Below are positions 26,918 through 38,900 of a stretch of DNA of 64,000 nt, in pieces. This stretch comes from Phoronis australis. Taxonomy: Eukaryota > Animalia > Phoronida. The notes under the pieces were generated by a model that was given only the letters and a program-made list of their open reading frames with translations, was not told the origin of the DNA and did not search any database. The stretch spans positions 207,683-271,682 of the forward strand of contig NMRA01000113.1 in the NCBI GenBank assembly GCA_002633005.1, written 5' to 3'. The first letter of the stretch is position 1. Each line of letters starts with the position of its first letter. The position numbers were made by a program, and so were the translations under genes.

Positions 26918-29900
26918 GTATGGAGCTGTTGAATTTATTTCATGCAAGTGATTTGAATTGCGACATGTAGATTTTTATGCGTCCACTACGCGCATATTGC
27001 TATCATCTCTGTATGGACAATCAGGCATTTGACATGCTCTGATTTTTTCCTAAACCCCTTGCAGGATGTTCTTGAAATTTGGTCGCCATCTTTCTGGCAA
27101 GAAAAGGTGACGACTTTCCTACAGATTCGACTACTGCTGTCTCACCTGTTGGCAATTTTATGTTTTTGCGCTTGCTTGCGTCTAACAAATTCTTTGAAGG
27201 GTTTTATGCATATCCATTTGTAGTGTTGTGTATCTGATAAGCTACATTGCGTACGATCTTAAGTTTGTTGAGTTTAAGGATATCTCAAACCATATTTACA
27301 AAAATTGTCCGTTTTTACAATATATCACATGTGTCTAGCTAAATTTTCATTCTCGGGGAACTTCAAATACGATATATACTGTGTAATGAGAAAAAAGATT
27401 TAGCAGAACCACCTCCAATCCTGTGGAAATTTGTTTACTACTTATCCGAGGTCAAATGTCACTCAAATCGAATCTCCCTCTTAGGCATAGAGCATTTCTG
27501 TATGTACCCGCAGTCCTTTCATTTACCGAGTTGCCATAATATTGAGTCAAGGAGGTGTACCTGGGATAGAAAGATGCTGGGGAAAGCAAAGACATAATGT
27601 AGTTCTGATCCTCATGGAGTTGTGCGTCTGCATGCATACAACCGTTGAGAAAGAATGCACCAAGTCTGAGTCACCGCACCGCCTCTGTGACTTTGCATTT
27701 ACGAACATAGCAAGTTGTGAAAAGAGATATATCCTCTACCCAAATTCATTGATTTGATCGGTTATTTGACATTTCGCTGTGTCGATCTCATGCTCACGAC
27801 GTGCTTTAACCACCGACTTGATTTCTGTTCTGTATGTGGTTTCATATCAATGTCCCCAGCATGTGGTTTGTATCACAATGAACTGTTGACCTACTTAATT
27901 GCTGAACCTGCTTTAACCTAACTTGACTCGAAGCACATGATAGTGAAGTTAATAATTACACAAGTTGCAAATGCAGTTGACATTGTGAATGAATGTTGAA
28001 ATAGTGAACATGTTTAAGCATGTATAAGTGATTGACCAAAAACAAGTTTTCACCAAACAGTTATTAAGTGATAGCCATCAGATTTTGAAGACTGGCGACA
28101 GTTTCCTCTTTTTTGACTTTGTTTCAAGTTAGGAACATGAGTTCTCGAAAACAGCTCGGTGAATTTCACTGAAACTTTCCAATTTGAATATTTAGTCATC
28201 TGTCTCAAAAACGCTGTGACGATTTTCCTTTTAAACGTTTTGTTTTTGCATACTGTAAGATAGAGTATACCACTGCTATTTTTACAAAAGTACCTTTTGT
28301 TTTGCGTGTTAATTTGGCATAGAAACGAATCAAAATGAGTAATCGAAAATTCCTAACAGCGTTTTTGAGGTAAGCTGTGAAGTATAAATTTAAAAAGGGT
28401 TTCATTAAACTCAACCAAGGGATTATTTTGCTATGGATGTACCTTTTGTTAAAAATGAAATTTTCAATAATAATTGTGGGTCATAAATATAAAACATATT
28501 TTCATAATCTATGGTCTTTTTTCTTTCAGAAATGTACGTCTACTAATTGACGTAGCCTGGTTTTTTGATATATGAGTTAGAATGAAAGTCACTAAATAAG
28601 GTTTGAGATATTCTTAAGTAGACAAAATAAAACCTTGTGATCAGGGTTTAATCCATCGTTAACATAGACAATAGTAAAACGCTGGGTCAACATTGATTGA
28701 AAATCTTCAAACATACTTTCAGTGTCGAGGACAAAATGATGTGCAAAACGCAATGCTGATCACAAAGTTTTATTTCGTCTACTTGAATGCAGCAAACTGA
28801 TGATAAAACGAAATGCATCTTGTCATTTTCAATGCTACGTGTTTGAAAAAAGGACTGCTGTAAAAGTATATCATATGGGTGCATATTGCTATCACCTCTG
28901 TCTAGGAGATCAGCATCTGCTTCTCTCTCCTAAAGCCTTCGCCGAGTTTTCTTGTTGGTTGGCAGATTTGCTCCTATGGATGACCACAATTTTTAAAACA
29001 ATACGACTATTGTTGTGCACCCTAGTGGCAACTTTAGTTTTTACATTTGCTTTAATCTGTATTTACCAGTTTCCTAGATGGATTTCCACGAAATTTGACA
29101 AATAGGTTTTTTCTAAGGTGAAAATAACACCTTCCCATTTTCAGATAGATTTAGCTTGTTGTGTGCCACCTAGTTTCTACTGTTATCATTTTATCTATTC
29201 TGTTTTTGGTGTGTCCTCTCTATTGGCCGCGGTGGCGGGTATAGGGGAGAGCTAAGTGGGCCATGCCCCCCCCCTAAAATTGTCCCAAGTTCGGGGTACG
29301 AATTGCTGACTAGCATATGCGTGCTCCCAGGGGGGCGCTAGAGGCGAATGCACAATGCATAGGCCTTGAACATACCCAGTTTACCTTTTTTTAGTAATAA
29401 GGTCCACAAACCCAAAAATTCAAGAGCCCTGCAGCCCTACATTTTAGGCTGGGCGCGTGCTTGTGGCGGAATTCTGGTTATTCCTATGCCCTGATCCCCC
29501 TTACTCAAAATCCTGGATCTGCCCCTGGGCGGAACTGTTGAAATTGGCATGTGTTTTTTCTAGGAATGCATGGCTGATGATGATTTTCAGTCATGTCTGG
29601 CTGTGGTGGCGTCCTCTAGTGCCATTTTTGTGACTCATTATCTGCCAAGTTCCTTGATGGGTCTTCATACAATTCATAATGCTTTTTGGACTGTACAATT
29701 GACGTGAATTTTGGGACGAAATCTGACTACTGCGTATTCCATTAGTGGTAATTTTGTTCTTGTCGCACTTGCCTGGATGTCTACTAAGTTGCTTGATGGA
29801 TGTTCATGAAATTTGGCAAATAAGTTACTATAACTTAGATGACAGCACCTGCCGTTTCACATAGATTTGACCTACATTGCGTCACCTAGTGGCATTTTTA

Positions 29901-32900
29901 TTGTTTTTGTATCTGTTCTTTGTCGGCCATCACCCTGTCCTTCAAACTACTGATAAAAGGTGGCATTTGTTTTCCTATTGAGGAGAACATTGCTAACTTG
30001 CATTTCACATTTTCAATTTACTAGCGTTGTATGCGAGCCACACAATGGGTGCATATCAATGCTCCACCTTGCTCTTGTTACATTTTTTATTACTTTGAAA
30101 TAGTAATATTTAGTTTCATAAATTAAGACGTGTAAAATATGAATTTTCTGTTTGCTAAAGAAGATTTCTCTGTTCTTGAAAATAGAAAACTAGAAACTCA
30201 ACGATAATTTCACTTTAAAAAATCATCTTAAAGTTTACCGTCATTTTGAAGAACCAGATCAGTGAAGATCGAGAGAGAACGCTGTGGTAAATAACGAAAA
30301 TAGTCAAAAACACAAGATCTGACCATTTGACCACAGTCCCCCAAGTTACTGGCTGTTGTGTGCTGTGGGGGAAATCTTTATTTACTAAGCACAGTCGAAA
30401 TCGGCTGCTACAAGCTCTTGTATTTGGTTGGTTTTTACATTCAGTTGTACTCAAATTCCAAGGCTGATTGCTAACCATATGAAGCATTTTCCTTCTTTAC
30501 TTCTTTTTTGAATGTTTTTATCTCCAGATACAAGGGTTTCTCAATGTCCATCAAACAGAAGCTCCGACAACCAGGAAGAGATCCCGGCTGACCCAATCAC
30601 CACTGGCAACAACTAGTAGACCTCCATCCACTAGGCGGCGCAGCACGAGGATGAGTGCCATCTTGAATCACATGCGACAAAATCAGCCTCAAGATGAGGA
30701 GACTCCGCGCACGATCATAAAAAATTTCTTAGTTAATGGTTAGTCCTCTAAAGATCTCTAGTCCCTACCAGTTGTTTTCTTGTGGACTTGCTGTTCTGCA
30801 CGAGGCAGCATCTCACTTTGTTTTTGAAAACCACTAAAAGCAGAGATGACTTCTTGCACTGATTGTGTTTTTGTTTTTTTCTTGAAAATGTCCGTGATAC
30901 GCATTGTTCTGTATTTTGTTCAGAAAGGTACAAGATTATTCAGTCTGACTTCAATCTTGAAATCTGCTCTTTCTTTTGCATTGTAAGCTAAGCAAGATAT
31001 GAACATTGCTCTTTGTAGTGGTTTCTCAGTTATTGGGCCATAGTATTGTAAGCCAATCGTATCATCGACGTTGCTCTCAAATTTGATGTGCCCTGATTTG
31101 CACATTTGCCATATGTGGAAAATGTGTTATTTGCACAATATTCCTTGGCCTTGTTTATCCGTACCTTTAGAATGGGGTAAACAAGGACAGAAGTTGGTAA
31201 TTGAAAATTGCTACAAAAGACCTGATTCTTTTGAAAATGACTTTGTTGTGGCACAGAACCAAAGTGCATGGCTGACTATGGTCTTGGTGAATCTCATTTT
31301 CAACACTTTGACTGCAGATGCTGCTGTTTAGATTTTGAGGTCAATAGTTCAAGCACAGCGGCAACCGCAGCTCAAAATTATTTAATTTCAACATTTGAAA
31401 GCACATTTTTGGACAGTTGGAAATTAATCTGAAGCAAAACAGGGGTGGGATGTAACTGAACAATGGACATTTAAGCCTAATCGTTATTGAAATTGATGGC
31501 TGGTGGTTGTACAAGCATAGCTCAAATGTTTGAAGGTTATGATTTTGACCAAAGTGTTTTTGTTGTTAACAAAGAAAATATAGAAAACATGTCAAAAATA
31601 TTGAAAACTTGAAAAAAATACTAGTTACATGATTATTGGTGGGCATCTCAGTGCTTTAGTGTGACAAATGTGTCCTAAAGAGCCACTCATTTTAAACATG
31701 CAAAACTTTTTTAGACCTAATTAGTGTTTCTGTCTGTCATGATTTGGTTTTGTACACTTGAATACTGACAAACAACATAATCCACATCACACAGTGTAGC
31801 ACTATTTAATGTGAAATCAACGGCATTTGTGATATCAATCGTCATCCTCCATTTTGGTAGTTTTGAGATGTCCGTTCTGCATCTTTCATGAGTTATGAGA
31901 CCAACACATGTTTGTTTCTTAGCTTTTCTTCAGTAAGTAAGTTTGTTTCAGTCATGTTTTTGTCATATTTTAGCCGATGAAGAAACTCCAGAGAGACAAG
32001 TGCTCACTGAAACTGAAAGCACGCCATCTAGTGAGCTGACAAGTACAGATACTGAGCGGTATGTGCTTTATCCAACTGAGTGCATACACAATAACTAGAT
32101 CTCTTTGTCTCACCTAAGTACACTGCTGTACTTCCTAAACCTTGCCAGGATCTTAAAATTTGAAAGATCTGTTCCTGTAAAGCTGACGACAATGATGAGT
32201 TTTGGATCAACTACACCAGTGCCCCTAGTGTCATTTTTTGCACCCGTGACTATCTCTGTAACCCTGTGCAGGATATTTGTGAAATATGACAGATGTGTTT
32301 TTTGAATATTTATTATGAAATAGTCAGTGCAATAAATATACTGACCCAGAAAGCGCCAAGAGGCATTATGTTCTTTAGAACCTTAACGACAAATGATGAC
32401 AACTTTCAGACCAACCTGACTAGTGCTGTATCCCTAGTGGCAATTGAGTTTTATTTATATTTGCCTCTGTATCTGTTGAGTTCCTTGATGGGTTTGTTAT
32501 GAAATTTGGCAAATTTCTGTTGAGGACACAACAATGCCTTTTTATTTTTGCATGGATTTTAGTAATAAACACCCCTAGAAGCAAATAGTTCATTGTGCAG
32601 TCGTGGGCGCATTTCAATAGTCTTTGTTGCTCTTGTTATGGTGCTAATTAATACCCCTCTATAAGCATAATGTGTGTGTGGTGCAGTCATGGACACATTT
32701 CAACACATTGTGTTCCTCTTGTTCTGTATCAGCATGTGGATCATTCACAAGATACCGAATTGGCTCATCTTCAGCCTCCTTAATCTTTGACTAGAATCCA
32801 TTCATAGTGCACAGTTGCCACAACTGTGGTAATGCTGAGAAATTCTAAGCACATAGGACATTTGGCATAGATAGTAGTTGCAGTGGAAATGACCATATGG

Positions 32901-35900
32901 TTACAATTTAGCAACATTCAGTGACAATAATACATTGATCCTGTGAATGCCCCAGGTGAGACTAGGCTTTTGGTTATAGTAGGCGTATTTTTTATCTAAC
33001 AGGTGTTGTACCAGACAGCAGCTTAATTACAGAAAGTTCATCTCATTACATTTTGTCACAATGTGACTTGTTTTTTTTTGTGAAATCTCAAAACTGTTCA
33101 TGCACTACACACGCGCACAGACTGGTGTGCATGCACGCACATGCACACACACAGAGTTAAGTTGAAGGCGATGACTGTTGTTAACATTGGTGTGTCTAAG
33201 GACAGTTTACTGAATGGATTGGGCTTTATTAGTATTCTCAGTCATCATGCCAGTACTGGTATGGATTATCACTCAGTACATGAGAACTCTACTATTATCA
33301 GTCTCACACATCATTTTTCAGTTTTCAAAAGCTGAGAAATGTTCTAAAGCCTCCGACACCTGGAAGTATGCGCAAGACGTCACAGCGGTCGTCAGCTAGG
33401 GAAAGGCGAAATCAAACTTCATTGAAGTCCTTCGCTGAAGGCGTTGATCTCATACGTAAGATTCTGTCTGCTTATAGTTAACTTACTTCGTGGTTTTCAT
33501 TTTGATGCTCTTCTATAGGCATCTATTGGGAGACTGACTTTTTAGCAAAGCCCCGCGCTCTGTAAACGTGCTTAACATCAGTTAGGGATAAGATACATTC
33601 AGTCAGGATAAAAACCCACTGGTCTCCCATAAAACAGAAAAGATTGGAAATCTGACTTTTCAAATGGTTTTCGAAAAAATAAAATTAATGAATACGAAAC
33701 TGGAACAACATAGCGTTAGACTATTAGTAAACTTGATCTTTAGAGTGAACATGGTCACGAATGCAATTAAATATTTACTTGTAGTAAAAAGGTTTCTCCA
33801 CGGTTTTACCTTATCATAGCATGTTTATTATGATCAAAGTATGCCGTCTTTTCCCATGTCTTGTTAGCTCTTCCTATGTCCTTGTGGTGTCCACTTCACA
33901 GGTGCGAGTCAAGGTGCTGAAGAGAGTGTGTTTGAAGAAGAGCATAGTGGATTCAGTGGATTAGAGAGCATAGCTGAAGATGAATCAGAGGTGGACAGAG
34001 ATGATATGGTACAAGAAGATGTTTGTCACGAATTTTGAAAATTTTGCAAAATATATTCATTGGTGAACAATGGCAATCTTCATAATGATAATCGTGTCAT
34101 CAAATTAATTGTTTTTTAAAATAACTCCGTACTAACTTACGAAAGCTAGACAAGTGTTATTTTTCTTTAAATCTGACAAAATGTCTTTAAAATGAAAAGC
34201 AACCAACTGGTTACCTGGCAGAGACATTGGTCTGTGTTGATTACTGTTCTCTTGGTGAGTATGTACTGTTCTTGGAACAACAGAAAGGAGCGCCAGCAGT
34301 CCAACAAAGGGCCAGCATCTTGTGTCTACTTTCACTCTCATTGAGCAAACACGACTGACCTGTTGTTCCATGAAGAGTAGTAACACCAAGAGAACAACAA
34401 TTAACACAGAACATTGTCTCTTCAAGATCACCAGGGGTATGCATTTTTAGTAAAGGTTGCATGAAAAGGGGTTTCTAACCTTTTAATGGAATTTAGTTTT
34501 GTCATTAATTCTGGCATTGTGTACCATCTTGGGTGTTTGTTATTCTTACATGTAAAAAGGGAGCTGAACTTCATCGAAGCAAGGATATGGTTGTTGATGC
34601 TGAACATAGTGAAGCAGTGGCCCATGTCAGAACCGGAACGTCACACATGGACAGGATAAGGCCCACAGAGGCAGATAGTGATGTTGGTGGAGCTGTGGGG
34701 AATGAAAACTATAACGACGATGCTGATAGTGGCGATGATGGTGATGTGGTTAGTGTCGTAGGTCTGGAAGATGTTGATGTTGACATAAATGAGGAATATG
34801 CCGAGCCTGGTGCTGCTGATGATGATGATGATGATGAGGAGGATGGGGAAGAAGAAGAGATGGTCGAAGATGAAGGTGTGGCTGATGACAGTGAGGATGC
34901 TGAGGAACAAATAAACATCAAGATGGGAACGTCGTCAGCTAATACCAGTAGGAGGAGCGGAGCGAGTGGTAGCAGAGCCAGTGTGGGGGAGGACTCAGTG
35001 TTTGTTAAGAGCAGCAGGTATTGTAAGGATAGGGTTGGGTAGGGGCAGGTAGTCTGTATTGAGTGTGGTGCAGTGACAAGTCATACACTATACTGCAAGC
35101 CTGCAGTGTTATGCACTGCTATAGTGCAGGTACAGGCTTCTCCATAGGTTGTTATGAGAGGGCGCTGCGCCCTCTTTTAATTTCAGCTGTTGACTATGCG
35201 CCCTCTTTTTCCACCTTGTTTTAATTCGTTTATCCAGGAAATGTTTACCTTGACGCTTTTCAGTCCTCTTAATTTTATTTAGACAATCGTTGTTTACAGA
35301 ACCTGCGTTTGGTCTCTGCAGATATCAGATTTATGGCAGAAGTTCTTTTGAAATTCATTTGAATGTGACAAATTGACACACTTTTCCTTTCTGTATTTCT
35401 TGAACCAGAGGTAGATAGATTAGCTCATTTCAAATGCTGTGGTGTCTACTCGGTATGCAGCATAGGAATTGATACCAACTCTAACAAAGGTTGTCTTTTT
35501 GGAATCATTCATGATCTGAAGCTCTGTTCATGGGTTGTCTTAATTTCTAAAAGGTACGGACAGTTCAGGAAATCGTTAACAAATCAAATTCAAATTATTC
35601 TAGTTACGTTTTAGTGGTTCTCAACATTGAATGATTATTTTTGTTTACAACTGACTTGTATTCTTGCAAAAAAAATTAATAGTTCCTATTTAGAGCGCAT
35701 TAAATGAAAAAAACGTCTTCCAACAGAAAGTTATAACGGGAATTAAAGAAATCTTATCTTTGCTGTGCCGAGATAAATGATGAAAAAATTGGATCAAAAT
35801 CAAATCAATTTTTAATTTGCATAGTTTTTGTAATTTTCGCAGTGACTTACTTCAACAAAAAGATTTTCTTAACCCCAGGAAATGAGCTATACATTAAAAA

Positions 35901-38900
35901 AACATATATTGGGATATGGAAGGTCTGCTTTTATTCCACAATACAAGGAGACAAAACCTTTTGTTAGTGACTGCACTGCGTGTGGTCTAGCATGGCTGTG
36001 CCCACTTAATTTTAAGAAAATTAATGAAGACCCTGTCCGTGCACTTATTCATGATTAGCATTTGTACAATGTGACTTCCAGTTGAAATGGTGATTGGACA
36101 GGAATGATCAGTCTAAATGGTGATTGGACAGGAATGATCAGTCTAAATGGTGATTGGACAGGAATGATCAGTCTAAATGGTGATTGGACAGGAATGATCG
36201 GTCTAAATGGTGATTGGACAGGAATGATCAGTCTTAACACCATGACTCAATGTGATTTACAATTTGTATTGGCATTGTTTGGCTGTTAGTATTTTTTATG
36301 TGTTAAAATTTGGTTGATTGGTTACTAAAATGTTTTTGTGCGATATGTCCACAGTCGTATGGTTTTTGTATTTTTATGACTGTTTAAGAGTCGGAAGGGG
36401 GGACTGGAAGCAAATGGCTTGGAGTTATGGTTTAGCTGCTAGTCAAACTTCACTGTGTCCTTGATTCTGTTCCAGGAAGTTATTTTGAGTGCTTACAATT
36501 TAGACGAGTTTTGAAGTCCTTTGTGATATGCACACAATGACATCTTGAATTTGACCTAATGTCCAGAACTTGGTTGATTTTATTTTCAAGTTCTTTTAGT
36601 TAGTTGAGTGAGAATGACTTTGATAAACTAAAATTCAGTTTCAGGATATTGTTTTGCATATTCAGTGCTGTAGCGTATTTGGTGATTCCCCATCGTGAGA
36701 TGCTGATGTCACGTATGTGTTAACCTTCTTGTAGAACACCTTTGGTCCAAGAGACGCTGGATCGGTTTGCTGTCAAACCTCGAACTCGGCCTCTGTCGCC
36801 TTCTCTGGTCACTCCACTGTTGTTGAAGCAGGCAAAGCAACCAACGTAGGTAGTGCTCCGTGTTTTGTGAGCACAGTATGGGATTTTGGGACCATGATAA
36901 AAACTCTTCATTGAGACACAGTACGGCAGATAAATTTTTATTTTGTCAACAAAAATAACTTTTCTGGAAAATTTAGTTTACCTTTGGCATGGAATGTATT
37001 GGATAGCTATTACCAACGAAAGAGTATTTAGTAGTATTTTGAGCATTTGCAACAATGTGGTAAGCCTCAGAAAATTAGAAATATGGCAATTTTAGCAATT
37101 ATTTTTGTCCCAAATTGACTAGTTTTTATCATAGATACTACTTGTGTTGTTTGGGGCATTGATGAAGCATCCCTGGCCTTGTTTTTATGCAGTAGAATTA
37201 AGGCGTCGGGTTGGTCTAGCAGTTTACACTTCAGGGATTCAAATGCCAAGTTAGTGATAATGTTCCTTCTCATTTTGTTGTATACACACTCATTTCTCCA
37301 TTGTGCTATGCGTGCTAGAGAGAGGGGAAACGCGACACTCACTCAGACAGGTAATGTTTAAATGGACTGATATGAAATGAAATATAATAATAAATAAATT
37401 TAAATAAGCAAAGTAGCAATTCTTTATGGGCCTGTTAATTTACAAGTACTGATCTTCTAATGTGTTCAATCATTTTCAGTTTCCTCTACTGACAGGCATA
37501 ACTGACAGAACAGTTGACACAATAGTGTATTTCTTGAATGCTTTATGTAAGTACTGGATATTACCTGAATTTCAGGCCACAGAAGTTGAAAGCACAGAAG
37601 CAGTCTGCAAAGCCACCAGTGCATCGGAAGAAACCTTCCGAGTCCAAGGAGGAACGACAGTTTCGCTTGCCTATCTCATTAACTAAAGGTATCTTTCAGC
37701 ACTATTCCAGGAGCCGCGTATCAAAGGCAGCCATGGCGGAGGTGGAGAAAATGTAAGTTGTCTTTTTATGGTAGCTAACATAGGCGGATTTAGGGGGGGG
37801 CCCAGGGGGCCCGGGCCCCCCCCCTTGGCTGCCGCAAAAAAAAATAAAACAGAAAGAGCGTAGGGAAATGGTGAGTTTATTAATTAACCCCGGTATTTAA
37901 AAAAAGATTTAAATGTGTGCAGTTTTAGTGTTGGGGGGGGGCTCAAACCCAATTTCAAGTGTCAAATTCGGAACACGGCGCATTCGTAACGGAACTATGG
38001 CTAAGAGGCTCTCCCGCGATATCCCAGGCGACCGGCAGTGGCGCTGCGCAGTACGACTCCGTTTTCGTCGTCTGCTCCACTGTGCAATGAAGAATTTTAC
38101 TTCATTTTTTAAAGAGAATGGAACCTGAGTGACGATGAAAAAACAGAAGCTGTTGGTAAGATGTGAATTTTAATCGAAGCCTGAGTGAATCACTCAGAAA
38201 CTCGCAATACTCTCTTTGTCAAACCTTATCTTAAGACGATTTCCAAAGCAATCCCGTCATTATTGCCAACACGAAAAACGGATTTGGTCTTTTGGGCATT
38301 TGAAGACTATTTTAAATACGACAAATTTGTTAAGAATTGATGGCGCAAAATATAAAACGTATAGCATTGCGAAAAGAAGTAGGTTTCGCGCGCAAACGCT
38401 GTGGACCATAAACAAGTAGGTCTTTTAGTATAAACGTAGTAGTTAAATCGTGGTGGTGTAGTGGTAACGCACGCGCTCACTAAGCTCCAAGTCGTGAGTT
38501 CGAGTCTTTGGTACGTTCAGTTCAAGTTTTCCTGTTTGACACGTTCTCCGTTTTTTTTTTCTTTTTTTCTTGGATAATACTTCAGGAATCAAGGAAAATG
38601 CTTGATTGTTAGAGGTAAAAACAGAAAAATTTCCTGAGCAGGAGGGGGGAAAACCCCCCCTCCCGACCTCCCCCCATTCGGTGCTATGCGCATCTACAAT
38701 CGTGGTTCAGTTTGCGCAAATGCCTACAGCCGGACAAAATGTTGGGCCCCCCCCTTGTGATATCCTAGATCCGCCACTGGCTAAATACTCTATTACATAT
38801 CAATCCAAAATTTTGTTTCCTGCAGTGATATGAAAGTTTCAGTTACCCTTGTACAATGTAATTCTACCCTCTGAACTCTAATCTTGAGGAAACAAAATAT

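Noticed and set aside
36055-36289. Repetitive ORFs (SLNGDWTGMI)n
   Set aside because: 30-bp intronic minisatellite; no good splice sites and not needed by the CENP-T model
38448-38515. tRNA gene
   Set aside because: A and B boxes are present but there is no convincing acceptor or anticodon stem; lies inside a MITE
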